A DNA stretch of 47,466 bases from an uncultured Christensenellaceae bacterium (GTDB taxonomy: Bacteria; Bacillota; Clostridia; Christensenellales; CALWSW01). The notes below the pieces were generated by a model. It was given only the letters and a program-made list of their open reading frames with translations, did not search any database and was not told the DNA's origin. Below, piece after piece: positions 15,556-24,756 of this stretch. The DNA is taken from assembly GCA_944384305.1 (NCBI GenBank), contig CALWSW010000002.1, forward strand, positions 1 through 47,466. Reading direction: 5' to 3'. The translations under genes were made by a program, and so were the position numbers. Within the stretch, counting starts at the first letter, position 1. The number at the start of each line of letters is the position of its first letter.

Positions 15556-18156
15556 ATGAACAAACTGCTTGCGGTGGACGGCAACAGCCTGCTGTACCGC
15601 TCGTTTTTTGCGCTGCCCGAAATGAACAGCGAAGAGGGCGTGCCCACCAACGCGGTCTACGGGTTTTTGAACATGCTGCTCAAAATGCTTTCGGAAGAGC
15701 GCCCTAGCCACGTACTCATCGCCTTTGACGAGCACGGCCCGACGTTCCGCCACAAGGTGTTTGGGGAGTACAAGGCCGGCCGGCCGGAGACCCCGGAGTC
15801 TTTGCGCACCCAAATGACCCTTGCGCGGGAGCTGCTGGGCCAAATGGGGGTGGCCACGGTCTCTAAGCCCGGGCTGGAAGCGGACGATATGCTGGGCATT
15901 TACTCTCGCCGTGCGGGGGAAGCGGGCATGGAGGCCGTGCTGGTCACGGGCGACCGCGACGCGCTGCAGCTCGTGGACGGGCACACCTCGGTGGTGCTCA
16001 CCAAAAAGGGCATTACCGAGACCGTGCGCCTCACGGCCGGCAATTTTGAGGAACAATACGGCGTCGCCCCCCAACAGATGATCGAGGTCAAAAGCCTGAT
16101 GGGCGACGCTTCGGACAACATCCCCGGCGTGCCCGGCGTGGGGGAAAAGACCGCCTTTAAACTCATCAGGGAATACGGCACGCTCGAAGGGGTGCTGACG
16201 CATATTCCGGAAATCAACGGCCCCAAGCTGCGCGAACGCCTGACGGCTTACGCCGGCCAGGCCCGCATGAGCCGTGAGATCGGCACCATTGTGACCGACC
16301 CCACGACCGACACCGGAGGCACCCTGGAAGACTGCCGCTTTACAGAAGACGATTTGGCCGGCGGCAGGGCGGCCCTGACCAAGCTGGGGCTTCGCTCCAT
16401 CGTCAGACGCCTGCCGGAGGGGAAGGCCGATCCCCCCGCGCCCCAGGCGGCGCAGGAGGGGCCGGCAGCTGTTGAGCGCGGGGCTGCCATCCAGGAAGTC
16501 TCCGCTGTGATCCAGGCCATGAAAAAAAGCGGGCGCGCGGCCTTTTTGCTCGAAGAAGGGCGGCTGACGGCCGCGGCGGGGGAGGAGGAATGCTGGTGCT
16601 TCCCGGTGAGCGCTCAAACCAGCCTGCTCGACGGCGAAGGCGAGGCGGCTGAAGCCTATCTTGCGGCCTTTTTACCGGTGTTTTTGGACGAGAAGATCGA
16701 AAAAACGCTCTTTGACGTCAAGCAGGCCATGCACCGCCTGGCCCCTCTTGAGGAAGGGGCGGAGGGCCTGCCCATCCAAAACGCCGGATTCGATCTGATG
16801 ATCGCCGCCTATCTTCTGCACCCGCTGCGCAGCCGCTACGAAGTGGGCGAACTGTGCGAGGCCGAGGGCCTGCCCAAAAACGCCGCGTCGCTCTTTTCGC
16901 TGCGCGCGCGCATGGAAGCGCGCATGGCGGCGCAGGGACTCACAACGCTGTTTACGACCATTGAAATGCCGCTTGTTGGCGTGCTGTTTTCCATGGAACA
17001 GGTGGGTTTTTTGGTGGACGGGCAGACGCTCAAAGAACTGGGCGCGCGCTTTTCGGCCGATATTGCCCGGGCAGAGCAGGAGATCTACCGCCTGGCCGGC
17101 GAAACCTTCAACATTCTTTCGCCCAAGCAGCTGGGGGCCGTTTTGTTCGAGAAGCTCGGCCTGCCCCACACCAAAAAGCGCAAGACCGGCTACAGCACCG
17201 ACGCCGAAACGCTCGAGTATCTTTCCGACCGCCACCCCATTGCCGAAAGGGTGCTCGAGTACCGCAAGCTCACCAAGCTGCAGAGCACCTACATCGACGG
17301 ACTGACGGCGGCAATGAGCCCGGACGGCCGGGTGCGCACCCGCTTCAACCAGACGGTCACAGCCACGGGGCGCATCAGCTCGGCTGAGCCGAACCTGCAG
17401 AATATCCCCGTGCGCACCGAGCTGGGGCGGGAGATTCGCAAGGCCTTTGTGGCGAGCGAGGGGAACCTGCTGGTGGGCGGGGACTACTCACAGATCGAGC
17501 TGCGGGTACTTGCCCACATGGCGGACGACGAGCGCATGTGCGCGGCGTTTTGCGCCGGGGAAGACATCCACGCCCGCACCGCTGCCGAGGTGTTCGGCGT
17601 GCCGCTTGAACTGGTGACCCCGCAGATGCGCTCGGCGGCCAAGGCCGTCAATTTCGGCATCGTGTACGGCATCAGCGACTTTGGGCTGGCGAAGAATATC
17701 AACTCCACCCGCGCAGAGGCGGCAGGGTACATCCAGGCGTATTTGGAACGCTACCCCGGCGTCAAGCGCTATATGGAACAGGTGGTGGAAGAAGCCAAGC
17801 AAAAGGGCTATGTGGTCACGGCTTTTGGCCGCCGGCGCGACATGCCCGAGCTCAAAAGCTCCAACTACAACACCCGCAGCTTTGGCGAGCGCGCTGCCAT
17901 GAACGCCCCCATCCAGGGCACGGCGGCAGACATCATCAAGCTGGCCATGGTACAGCTCGCCGATGCGCTGCAACAGGGCGGGTACCGGGCCAAGCTGGTG
18001 CTGCAGGTGCACGACGAACTGATTGTTGACACCCCATTGGAAGAAGTGGAAGCGGTGCAGGCGCTCTTAAAATCGGTCATGGAAGGGGTCGTGACGCTTA
18101 AGGCCCCGCTCGTGGCCGATGTGCGCGCCGGCCACAGCTGGTACGACACCAAGTAA
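15556..18156 (+). CDS. polA: DNA polymerase I
   Basis: The start is set at the ATG at 15556, with a GAGGTG Shine-Dalgarno; an alternative ATG lies at 15529. The protein has a 5'-nuclease domain (LLAVDGNSLLYRSFFAL, GDASDNIPGVPGVGEKTA). The polymerase motifs are DYSQIELRVLAH, RSAAKAVNFGIVYG and QVHDEL. The central 3'-5' exonuclease-like region lacks DxE/NxxxD/YxxxD by eye, so it is probably proofreading-inactive as in many Firmicutes. Confidence 0.95.
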   Translation: MNKLLAVDGNSLLYRSFFALPEMNSEEGVPTNAVYGFLNMLLKMLSEERPSHVLIAFDEHGPTFRHKVFGEYKAGRPETPESLRTQMTLARELLGQMGVATVSKPGLEADDMLGIYSRRAGEAGMEAVLVTGDRDALQLVDGHTSVVLTKKGITETVRLTAGNFEEQYGVAPQQMIEVKSLMGDASDNIPGVPGVGEKTAFKLIREYGTLEGVLTHIPEINGPKLRERLTAYAGQARMSREIGTIVTDPTTDTGGTLEDCRFTEDDLAGGRAALTKLGLRSIVRRLPEGKADPPAPQAAQEGPAAVERGAAIQEVSAVIQAMKKSGRAAFLLEEGRLTAAAGEEECWCFPVSAQTSLLDGEGEAAEAYLAAFLPVFLDEKIEKTLFDVKQAMHRLAPLEEGAEGLPIQNAGFDLMIAAYLLHPLRSRYEVGELCEAEGLPKNAASLFSLRARMEARMAAQGLTTLFTTIEMPLVGVLFSMEQVGFLVDGQTLKELGARFSADIARAEQEIYRLAGETFNILSPKQLGAVLFEKLGLPHTKKRKTGYSTDAETLEYLSDRHPIAERVLEYRKLTKLQSTYIDGLTAAMSPDGRVRTRFNQTVTATGRISSAEPNLQNIPVRTELGREIRKAFVASEGNLLVGGDYSQIELRVLAHMADDERMCAAFCAGEDIHARTAAEVFGVPLELVTPQMRSAAKAVNFGIVYGISDFGLAKNINSTRAEAAGYIQAYLERYPGVKRYMEQVVEEAKQKGYVVTAFGRRRDMPELKSSNYNTRSFGERAAMNAPIQGTAADIIKLAMVQLADALQQGGYRAKLVLQVHDELIVDTPLEEVEAVQALLKSVMEGVVTLKAPLVADVRAGHSWYDTK

Positions 18157-18216
18157 CAAGACAAAAAGAACAGAGCGGGCAAAGGCCGAAACGCTGGCGC
18201 CGGCATGGAAGAAGAC

Positions 18217-18831
18217 ATGTTCATCATAGGATTGACGGGAACCATTGCCTCGGGAAAATCCACGGCGGCGCGCATGCTCCGCGAAGAGGGGCTGGCGGTC
18301 GTGGATGCCGACGCCATCGCCCGTGAGGCCGTGGAACCGGGAACGGAAGGCCTGCAGGCGGTCGTTTCGCTCCTGGGGGAAGACTACCTGACACCGGACG
18401 GGCGGATGGACCGCAAAAAGGTGGGCGCGTTGGTTTTTTCGGATCCGGCCGAAATGGAGCGTTACAACGCCGTTGTGCGCCCGGCCATCAAAAAGGCCAT
18501 CCAAAAAAAGCTCGCGGCGCTTCGCGCCCAGCCCGCGGGGGAAGCTGTGCTGGACGCGCCGCTTTTGCTGGAATACGGCATGGAAGGGTGCGTGGACGAA
18601 GTATGGGTAATAACAGCCAGCGACGATGTGCGCATCGCCCGCATGAAGGCGCGCGACGGATTGGACGAAGCCGCGGCCAAAGAGCGCATCGCCGCGCAGC
18701 TGAGCGATGCAGAAAAAATCGCAAAAGCCAGCCGCGTCATCGACAATTCCCAAAGCATGGAAGCGCTGAGGGCTGCCGTTTGCGCGGCGCTTGCAGCGGT
18801 GCGTTCCGGCAGAAAGCCAGAAAGGGATTGA
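18217..18831 (+). CDS. coaE: dephospho-CoA kinase
   Basis: The protein begins MFIIGLTGTIASGKSTAARML, which includes the P-loop. The start could instead be the in-frame ATG at 18205. Confidence 0.88.
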   Translation: MFIIGLTGTIASGKSTAARMLREEGLAVVDADAIAREAVEPGTEGLQAVVSLLGEDYLTPDGRMDRKKVGALVFSDPAEMERYNAVVRPAIKKAIQKKLAALRAQPAGEAVLDAPLLLEYGMEGCVDEVWVITASDDVRIARMKARDGLDEAAAKERIAAQLSDAEKIAKASRVIDNSQSMEALRAAVCAALAAVRSGRKPERD

Positions 18832-18838
18832 AAAGGCC

Positions 18839-19570
18839 ATGGCAACTTACGGCGCTTCGGGCGGCAGGCGCCCCAACCCAGCCCGCCAAACGGGAAAAAG
18901 GCCGGTGAGCACGGCAAACGGCCCGGCAGAACAGCGGGGGCAAAGCGCAGGCCCTGCCGGGCGGAACGGCAAAAAACGGCCGTCCAGGGGCAGCCGGCTC
19001 GCCAAGCGCCTGCTGGCTGTTCTGCTTGTGATCTTTTTGCTGCTGCTGGCGGCCGAGGTGTACGGCAAGGTGCGCCAGCGCCTGGAGAGGGAAAGCTACC
19101 GGCTGGAGTACACCGGCGTGATCGCCGGCTATGCCGCCGAGTACGGCCTGGACCCCTATTTGGTGGCGGCGGTGATCTATGTAGAAAGCAGCTGGCAAAC
19201 GGAGGCCGAGTCGCCCAAGGGCGCGCTGGGGCTCATGCAGCTCATGCCCGCCACGGCCGAATGGATCGCCGGGCGGCTGGGCGAGGAATACGACCCCGCG
19301 GCGATCTGCGAGCCAGAGGTCAATATCCGCTACGGCTGCTGGTACCTGCGCTTCCTCTTCGACCGCTTCCCTGTGACCGCAACTGCCCTTGCCGCCTACA
19401 ACGCCGGGCACAACCGCGTGGCCGAGTGGCTGAGTTCGGAAGAATACAGCCCGGACGGGTCGGTTTTGACCAGCATCCCCTACCCCGAGACCGAGCAGTA
19501 CGTCGGAAAGGTGCAGCGTGCCTATGAAAAATACAAGGAACTTTACCCCAATGCCTTTGAAGAAGAGTGA
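18839..19570 (+). CDS. membrane-anchored lytic transglycosylase (SLT domain)
   Basis: The start is set at the ATG at 18839, after the coaE stop. A basic disordered N-terminus and a TM helix precede VIYVESSWQTEAESPKGALGLMQLMPATAEW...AYNAGHNRV, the catalytic ES...GLMQ...AYNAG pattern. Confidence 0.85.
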   Translation: MATYGASGGRRPNPARQTGKRPVSTANGPAEQRGQSAGPAGRNGKKRPSRGSRLAKRLLAVLLVIFLLLLAAEVYGKVRQRLERESYRLEYTGVIAGYAAEYGLDPYLVAAVIYVESSWQTEAESPKGALGLMQLMPATAEWIAGRLGEEYDPAAICEPEVNIRYGCWYLRFLFDRFPVTATALAAYNAGHNRVAEWLSSEEYSPDGSVLTSIPYPETEQYVGKVQRAYEKYKELYPNAFEEE

Positions 19571-21284
19571 CCGGCCGAAAAGAGCGGCCAAGGCCTGCCT
19601 GCTGTTTGCGCTGTGCGCCGCGCTTTTGCTGTGCGCGGCCTGCGGGCAGGAGATGCCCGCGCCTTCGGCCAGCCCTACGCCCGTGCTGGCCGACGAGGGG
19701 GAGAGCAGCATGGCAGAGGGCGTGCTGGTCACCGCCATTCCCGCCAATTATTCCACGCTCGACCCTCTGCTCGCCGATAACCGCGAGGTGCAAAGCCTGC
19801 TTTCTTTGGTGTACGAGCCCTTGCTCGCCTACGACAACACCTCCAGGCTGACGGCCGCGCTGGCCGAGACCTGGTCGACCACGGACGGCGGCGTGACCTG
19901 GACGGTCAATCTGCGCCGCAACGTGCGCTGGCACGGCAGCGAAGACACGTTGAGCGCCAACGACGTCATTTACACCTACCGCGTGCTGCAGGCCGAGGCC
20001 TACGCCGGTTCGGTCTACGCCGCGCAGGCCGAAAAGATCGCTTCCATTGAAGCTGTGGACGAGTATACCCTCATCGTCACCGGCAAAGACGCCGGCATGT
20101 CGGCGCTTTACGCCTTGACCTTCCCCATCGTCTCGCGCGAGCATTTTACCCAAAACGCCGGCACTGGGCCGTATTCGATCGCCGCGGCGGACGATGAGGT
20201 GGGGGTGGAACTGACCGCCAACCCCAACTGGTGGAAGCGCACGCCCTACATCCAGACCATCCGCGCGGTGTGTATGGAAGAGGGGTCGGCCCTGAGCCTG
20301 TACGGCATCCGCGAGGTCAACTTTGCTCCCACCAACTCCGTCACGGCTTCGACCTACCGCGAAGAAGGGGTGACGAACGTATACGAGGTGAACACCCAGC
20401 ACTGCGAAATGATGTTTCTCAATCACAATTCCTGGCGGCTGAGCGACAGCAAGGTGCGCCAGGCCATTGCCTACGCTTTGGACCGGCCGGAGATCATTTC
20501 GCAGTGCTACTACAACCACATGGCAGTGACCGACCTGCCCGTTCCGCCCGATTCCTGGCTGTACGATTCCCAGAGCCTGGTGTACGACACAAATACCGAA
20601 AGAGCAGAACAACTGCTTGAAGAAGCGGGCTGGATAGATTATGATGGGGACGGTGTGCGTGAACAGCGGCAGAACGACACGCTCATCGAGCTCAGTCTGA
20701 CCCTGCTCGTCAACGACACGCCGGACGATCTGACCCGCAGGGACGCCGCTGCGCTCATCCAGGAACAGCTGGGGGCGGTGGGCATTCGGGTGGATGTGAC
20801 CGCCGCTGCTTGGAGCGGCGAGACCAACGCTTACGCCACCGCCCTGGAAGCGGGCGGGTTTGACCTGGCGCTGGTGGGGATGCAGATGCCGCGAAGCTAC
20901 GACCTGACCGAGCTCTTGGGCACGGAGGGCGCTTACAACTACGGCAACTATTCGTCAGAGCGCATGGACGAGCTTTTGCGGCGGGCCAATTCGGCCTCAT
21001 CGGAATCCGAACTGCAGGAGCGCGTGGCGGCGGTATACGAGCTGTTTTTAGAGGAACTGCCCTTTGTGCAGCTCTACTTTAGGACCTATTCGGTGGTGTA
21101 TTCGGCCGAACTGGTGCCCAGCACCAACATCCGCTACACCGAGCTCTACAATTCCATCGAACGCTGGTATTTTGTGGAAGAGAGCACCGATTGGCCAGAC
21201 CTGGGTATTTCCGGCGTGCCGGCGCTTCCCGCCCCCGACCTTTCTTCCCTGACGGCCAGCCCCGAACCCGAGCCGCAGGAGTAA
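19518..21284 (+). CDS. family-5 (peptide/nickel type) ABC substrate-binding lipoprotein, without transporter partners
   Basis: The lipoprotein signal is ...KACLLFALCAALLLCAACGQE. The SBP_bac_5-like body includes LDPLLADNREVQSLLSLVYEPLLAYD, GTGPYSI and LNHNSWRLSDSKVRQAIAYALDR. The start is uncertain: 19518 (GTG), 19524 or 19551, all of which overlap the end of the SLT gene. Confidence 0.85.
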   Translation: MPMKNTRNFTPMPLKKSDRPKRAAKACLLFALCAALLLCAACGQEMPAPSASPTPVLADEGESSMAEGVLVTAIPANYSTLDPLLADNREVQSLLSLVYEPLLAYDNTSRLTAALAETWSTTDGGVTWTVNLRRNVRWHGSEDTLSANDVIYTYRVLQAEAYAGSVYAAQAEKIASIEAVDEYTLIVTGKDAGMSALYALTFPIVSREHFTQNAGTGPYSIAAADDEVGVELTANPNWWKRTPYIQTIRAVCMEEGSALSLYGIREVNFAPTNSVTASTYREEGVTNVYEVNTQHCEMMFLNHNSWRLSDSKVRQAIAYALDRPEIISQCYYNHMAVTDLPVPPDSWLYDSQSLVYDTNTERAEQLLEEAGWIDYDGDGVREQRQNDTLIELSLTLLVNDTPDDLTRRDAAALIQEQLGAVGIRVDVTAAAWSGETNAYATALEAGGFDLALVGMQMPRSYDLTELLGTEGAYNYGNYSSERMDELLRRANSASSESELQERVAAVYELFLEELPFVQLYFRTYSVVYSAELVPSTNIRYTELYNSIERWYFVEESTDWPDLGISGVPALPAPDLSSLTASPEPEPQE

Positions 21285-21354
21285 AGGAGCGGGCAGATCG
21301 TAAAACGGGCGGAACGCTGCCGCCTTACACCAACGCAAGCGGAGGGGACTCTAT

Positions 21355-22083
21355 TTGTTAGAAGTCATTGTATTCTTGGTTTTTGTGGTGCTGGACCAGC
21401 TCACCAAGCTGTGGGCGGCGGGCGCATTGGTCACGCAGTACGGCGGGTCGCTGCCCGTCATAGAAGGGGTGTTCCATTTTACCTATGTGGAAAACCGCGG
21501 CGCGGCCTTCAGCCTGCTGCAAAATCAGCGCTGGCTGTTCATTGTGCTCACGGTGGCGGTGAGTGCGCTCATCGTGGCGGTGCTTTTAAAAAAGCGCCGT
21601 TCCTTCGCGGTTTTGACCCGCCTGAGCCTTACGCTGCTCCTTTCGGGCGCTGTCGGCAACCTCATCGACCGCATCGCCCTGGGCTACGTGCGCGATATGC
21701 TCGACTTCTGCCTCATCAACTTCCCGGTGTTCAATGTGGCGGACTGCTGCGTGACCATTGGCGCCATCCTTTTGGTGGCGGCGGTGCTGACCGACAAGTC
21801 CCTGCTCGCGCTCTTTGAAGGCAAAAAGAAGCCGGAAGAAGGGAAAGCAGCCCCCAAAGGGGAAGACGGAGCCGAAGGCGCGCCCACAGCGCCGGAAGAG
21901 CAGGCGGACGCCCCGCTGCAGCAAGCAGGGGAACGAAACGGCCCGAGCGCCGCAGAAGGCGGGGCGCAGGCGCCGGGGCAGGCCCCCGGGGCAGAAGACG
22001 CGCCCGGCCCGGCGCAAAGCGAAGGGGCCAAAGAGCACGCCGGCCAGACGCCCGCTGCGGACGGGCCGGCACAGGGAGCGTGA
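21355..22083 (+). CDS. lspA: lipoprotein signal peptidase II with an ~90-aa low-complexity C-terminal tail
   Basis: The gene has a TTG start with a GGAGGGG Shine-Dalgarno. The protein contains LDQLTKLWA, FHFTYVENRGAAFS, GNLIDRIALGYVRDMLDF and FPVFNVADCCVTIG. The tail is rich in A/E/G/P/K. Confidence 0.9.
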   Translation: MLEVIVFLVFVVLDQLTKLWAAGALVTQYGGSLPVIEGVFHFTYVENRGAAFSLLQNQRWLFIVLTVAVSALIVAVLLKKRRSFAVLTRLSLTLLLSGAVGNLIDRIALGYVRDMLDFCLINFPVFNVADCCVTIGAILLVAAVLTDKSLLALFEGKKKPEEGKAAPKGEDGAEGAPTAPEEQADAPLQQAGERNGPSAAEGGAQAPGQAPGAEDAPGPAQSEGAKEHAGQTPAADGPAQGA

Positions 22084-22086
22084 ATC

Positions 22087-22683
22087 ATGCTGGAACTGCT
22101 GACTATCGTACTTTGCTACGGGCTGGATTTTTTGACCAAGCAGCTCGCGGCCTCACAGCTCATTTACGCCGTGGGCGGCGTGCCCCTCATCGGCGATTCG
22201 GTGATGCTCTATTACGCCGAAAACCACGGCGACAATACCTCGGTCATCCGCGGCAACAACGCCGTGGGGCTCGTGCTGCGCCTGCTGCTTTTGGCCGCGG
22301 CGCTGTACCTCATCCTCGCGCAGCGCAAAAAGCTGCGGCCCATCACCCGCTTTGCGCTGGGCATGCTCGTGGCGGGCGTGCTGGGCAACCAGATCGATTA
22401 CCTTTTGCGCGGCTACGTGATCGACATGATCTACCTGCCTGTGCTGGGCGGCGCGGTCTTCAATGTGGCGGATTTTTTCGTCATCATCGCATTTGTGGTG
22501 CTGATGGTGCGCCTGCTCTTCTTTGAGGGCCGCACTTTTGTGGACTGGCTGTACGCCAAGATCACGAAGAAGCCTGCGGAAGAGCAAACGCCCCCCCAGG
22601 CCCCGGCCGGCCAGCCGGAAGAAAAGGGCCAGGCGCCGGGCCGGCAGGAAGATGCGCAAAGCCAGGAGCCGCCCCGCCCATGA
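22087..22683 (+). CDS. divergent second signal peptidase II paralog
   Basis: The protein contains LDFLTKQLA, LYYAENHGDNTS (where NRGAAFS would be expected), GNQIDYLLRGYVIDMIY and AVFNVADFFVIIA. Both catalytic-Asp contexts are retained. A P/Q/E-rich tail follows. The gene starts 3 nt after lspA. Confidence 0.8.
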   Translation: MLELLTIVLCYGLDFLTKQLAASQLIYAVGGVPLIGDSVMLYYAENHGDNTSVIRGNNAVGLVLRLLLLAAALYLILAQRKKLRPITRFALGMLVAGVLGNQIDYLLRGYVIDMIYLPVLGGAVFNVADFFVIIAFVVLMVRLLFFEGRTFVDWLYAKITKKPAEEQTPPQAPAGQPEEKGQAPGRQEDAQSQEPPRP

Positions 22684-23645
22684 ACGACGAACAGGAGATC
22701 CTGCAGTTTACGGCAGAAGCGGCCGGCGAGCGGCTGGACAGCTTTTTGGCCGAACGCGCCGGGGGGCTGACCCGCTCCTTCATTCAAAATCTCATCAAGC
22801 AGGGGTGCGCCGAGATCGACGGCAAAACCGCCAAGGCCAACGCCCGCCTCAAGCCGGGCAGCACCGTGACGCTGGCCCTGCCCCCGGTAGAGGCGGTCGA
22901 TCTAAAGCCCCAGCCCATCCCGCTGGACATCGTGTACCAGGATGCCGACATCATCGTCGTCAACAAGGCGCGCGGCATGGTGGTGCACCCGGCGGCGGGC
23001 AATCCCGACGGCACGCTGGTCAACGCCCTGTTGTATTGGGTCGAGGATCTTGCGGGCGTGGGGGGCGAGCTGCGGCCGGGCATCGTACACCGCATCGACA
23101 AAGACACCACCGGCCTGCTGGTCGTGGCCAAGAACGACGCCGCGCTGCACAGTCTGGCAGAACAGATCAAGCAAAAGACCGCCCGCCGCACCTATCTGGC
23201 CATTTTGGACGGCACACCCAAGGAGCCGTGCGGCCGGGTGTGCGCTCCCATCGGCCGCCACCCGAGGGACCGCAAGAAAATGGCGGTGACGCCGAGCGGG
23301 CGGGAAGCCGCCACCAACTACCGCGTGCTGGAGCGCTACCCAGGCCACAGTTTGGTGGAATGTACGCTCGAGACCGGCCGCACCCACCAGATCCGGGTGC
23401 ACATGGCCTACATCGGCCACCCCGTCGCGGGCGACCCGCTCTACGGCCGGCAAAAAAACGACCTGGGGCTGCCGGCGCAGGCGCTGCACGCCTACAAGCT
23501 GGAGCTTACCCACCCCACAAGCGGCGAGCGGATGACCTTTTGCGCGCCGCCGCCCGCGGATTTTCTGCGCGCTCTTCAAAAGCTTTCGGGCGGCAGCCTG
23601 CCCGAGTTTTTGCAGCCGGGCGCCATGGGGAAGGGCGAAACATAG
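22680..23645 (+). CDS. rluD: RluA-family 23S rRNA pseudouridine synthase (RluD-like)
   Basis: The protein has an S4-like N-terminus (ERLDSFLAE...) and the catalytic HRIDKDTTGLLVVAKND, plus GRTHQIRVHMAYIGHPVAGDPLYG. The start overlaps the upstream stop as ATGA. The lspA-rluD pairing is a common synteny. Confidence 0.92.
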   Translation: MNDEQEILQFTAEAAGERLDSFLAERAGGLTRSFIQNLIKQGCAEIDGKTAKANARLKPGSTVTLALPPVEAVDLKPQPIPLDIVYQDADIIVVNKARGMVVHPAAGNPDGTLVNALLYWVEDLAGVGGELRPGIVHRIDKDTTGLLVVAKNDAALHSLAEQIKQKTARRTYLAILDGTPKEPCGRVCAPIGRHPRDRKKMAVTPSGREAATNYRVLERYPGHSLVECTLETGRTHQIRVHMAYIGHPVAGDPLYGRQKNDLGLPAQALHAYKLELTHPTSGERMTFCAPPPADFLRALQKLSGGSLPEFLQPGAMGKGET

Positions 23646-23801
23646 GCCTAAAAAAGCCGCGCCGCTTTTTAAAAACAGGGCTGCCTTTTTGCAAGGCCCG
23701 CCGGTATTTTGCCGGCGGCGCCGCATCCAACACACGACCATAGCGCCCGGGGGATTTTGGGCCCTTGCGGCGACTGAACACAAGGGGTTAGGAATTTACG
23801 A

Positions 23802-24722
23802 ATGCTGGACTTTCAAAAGGTCACTTACGAAAATGCGCACGAACTGACGGATTATTTTAAACAGCTGCCCTGGCGGATCACCGATTGCACGGTGGGCACC
23901 ACCGCCATGTGGGCGGAGTATTACCAGACCGAATACGCCGTGGTGGAGGGCTTTTTGGTGCTCAAGTACACCGAGACCGACGGCGAATTGTGCTTTTCGG
24001 TGCCCATGGGCGAAGGGGACCCTTCCGCCGCGCTCGACGCCGTCGCCCAGTGCGCGCGCGAGCTGGGGCTGCCGCTGGTGTTCGGCACCGTGCCGGAAGA
24101 GATGCTGCCCGTCATCATCGACCATTTTGGCTGCGAGGTGCGGGTGGCGCACGACCCTGCCTGGGACGATTACCTTTACGACAAAACCGACATCATCACC
24201 CTCAAGGGCCGGCGCTATAACACCCAAAGGAACCATATCAACAAGTTTTTAAAGACCTACGGGGGGTACGAGTTTGAGCCCATCACGGCGGAAAATCTGC
24301 CCGAGGTCAGGGAATTCTTCCACAACTTCATGACCCATGAAGACACCATCAGCGAGGATATGACCGAAGAGCGCGTGCTGACCATGGAGGTGCTGGACCA
24401 CTACGAAAAGCTCGGCATGACGGGCGGCGTGGTGCGGGTACAGGGCAAGGTGGTGGCGCTTTCCATCGGCGAGGTGGTGGGCGACACGCTCTTTGTGCAC
24501 ATCGAAAAGTGCCGCAGGGACTACGGCGGAGGCTACCCCGTCATCAACCAGGAATTTGCCAGGCACAACGATTCGGAGACTTTGCGCTATGTCAACCGCG
24601 AGGAAGACGTCGGCCTGCCCGGCCTGCGCCAGGCCAAGCGCCAGTACGGCCCCATCAAAATGGTGCGCAAGTACATGGTCACCGTGCCCTGTGCGTCGCT
24701 TGTGCCCAGGGCAGAAGGGTGA
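23802..24722 (+). CDS. DUF2156 / MprF-C-terminal-like (aminoacyl-PG-synthase fold) protein
   Basis: The 306-aa soluble protein contains ...ITLKGRRYNTQRNHINKFLKTYG...VVALSIGEVVGDTLFVHIEKCRRDYGGGYPVINQEF...EEDVGLPGLRQAKRQY. This pattern is recalled from LPG_synthase_C/DUF2156 and no search was run. Confidence 0.6.
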   Translation: MLDFQKVTYENAHELTDYFKQLPWRITDCTVGTTAMWAEYYQTEYAVVEGFLVLKYTETDGELCFSVPMGEGDPSAALDAVAQCARELGLPLVFGTVPEEMLPVIIDHFGCEVRVAHDPAWDDYLYDKTDIITLKGRRYNTQRNHINKFLKTYGGYEFEPITAENLPEVREFFHNFMTHEDTISEDMTEERVLTMEVLDHYEKLGMTGGVVRVQGKVVALSIGEVVGDTLFVHIEKCRRDYGGGYPVINQEFARHNDSETLRYVNREEDVGLPGLRQAKRQYGPIKMVRKYMVTVPCASLVPRAEG

Positions 24723-24756
24723 CGATGGAACAGATCCGGCAAAACAGGAGGACGCC

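Noticed and set aside
15301-16617. Long antisense or alternative-frame ORFs. These include 15301..16617(-), 19320..20612(-), 27981..29330(-), 34940..36301(+), 39917..41365(-), 33504..34580(+), 11578..12726(+), 22523..23743(+), 8712..9566(+), 10117..11070(+) and 25112..25972(-).
   Set aside because: All overlap strongly supported genes on the other strand or in another frame. They have Arg/Gly/Ala/Pro-rich shadow composition and lack start contexts.
23650-23725. Hairpins after rluD (aaaaaagc-cgcgcc-gcttttt and CCGCCGG-tatttt-CCGGCGG) considered as a riboswitch or sRNA upstream of the DUF2156 gene.
   Set aside because: They are short, weak stems without conserved motifs I recognise. They are most simply a weak rluD terminator plus spacer.
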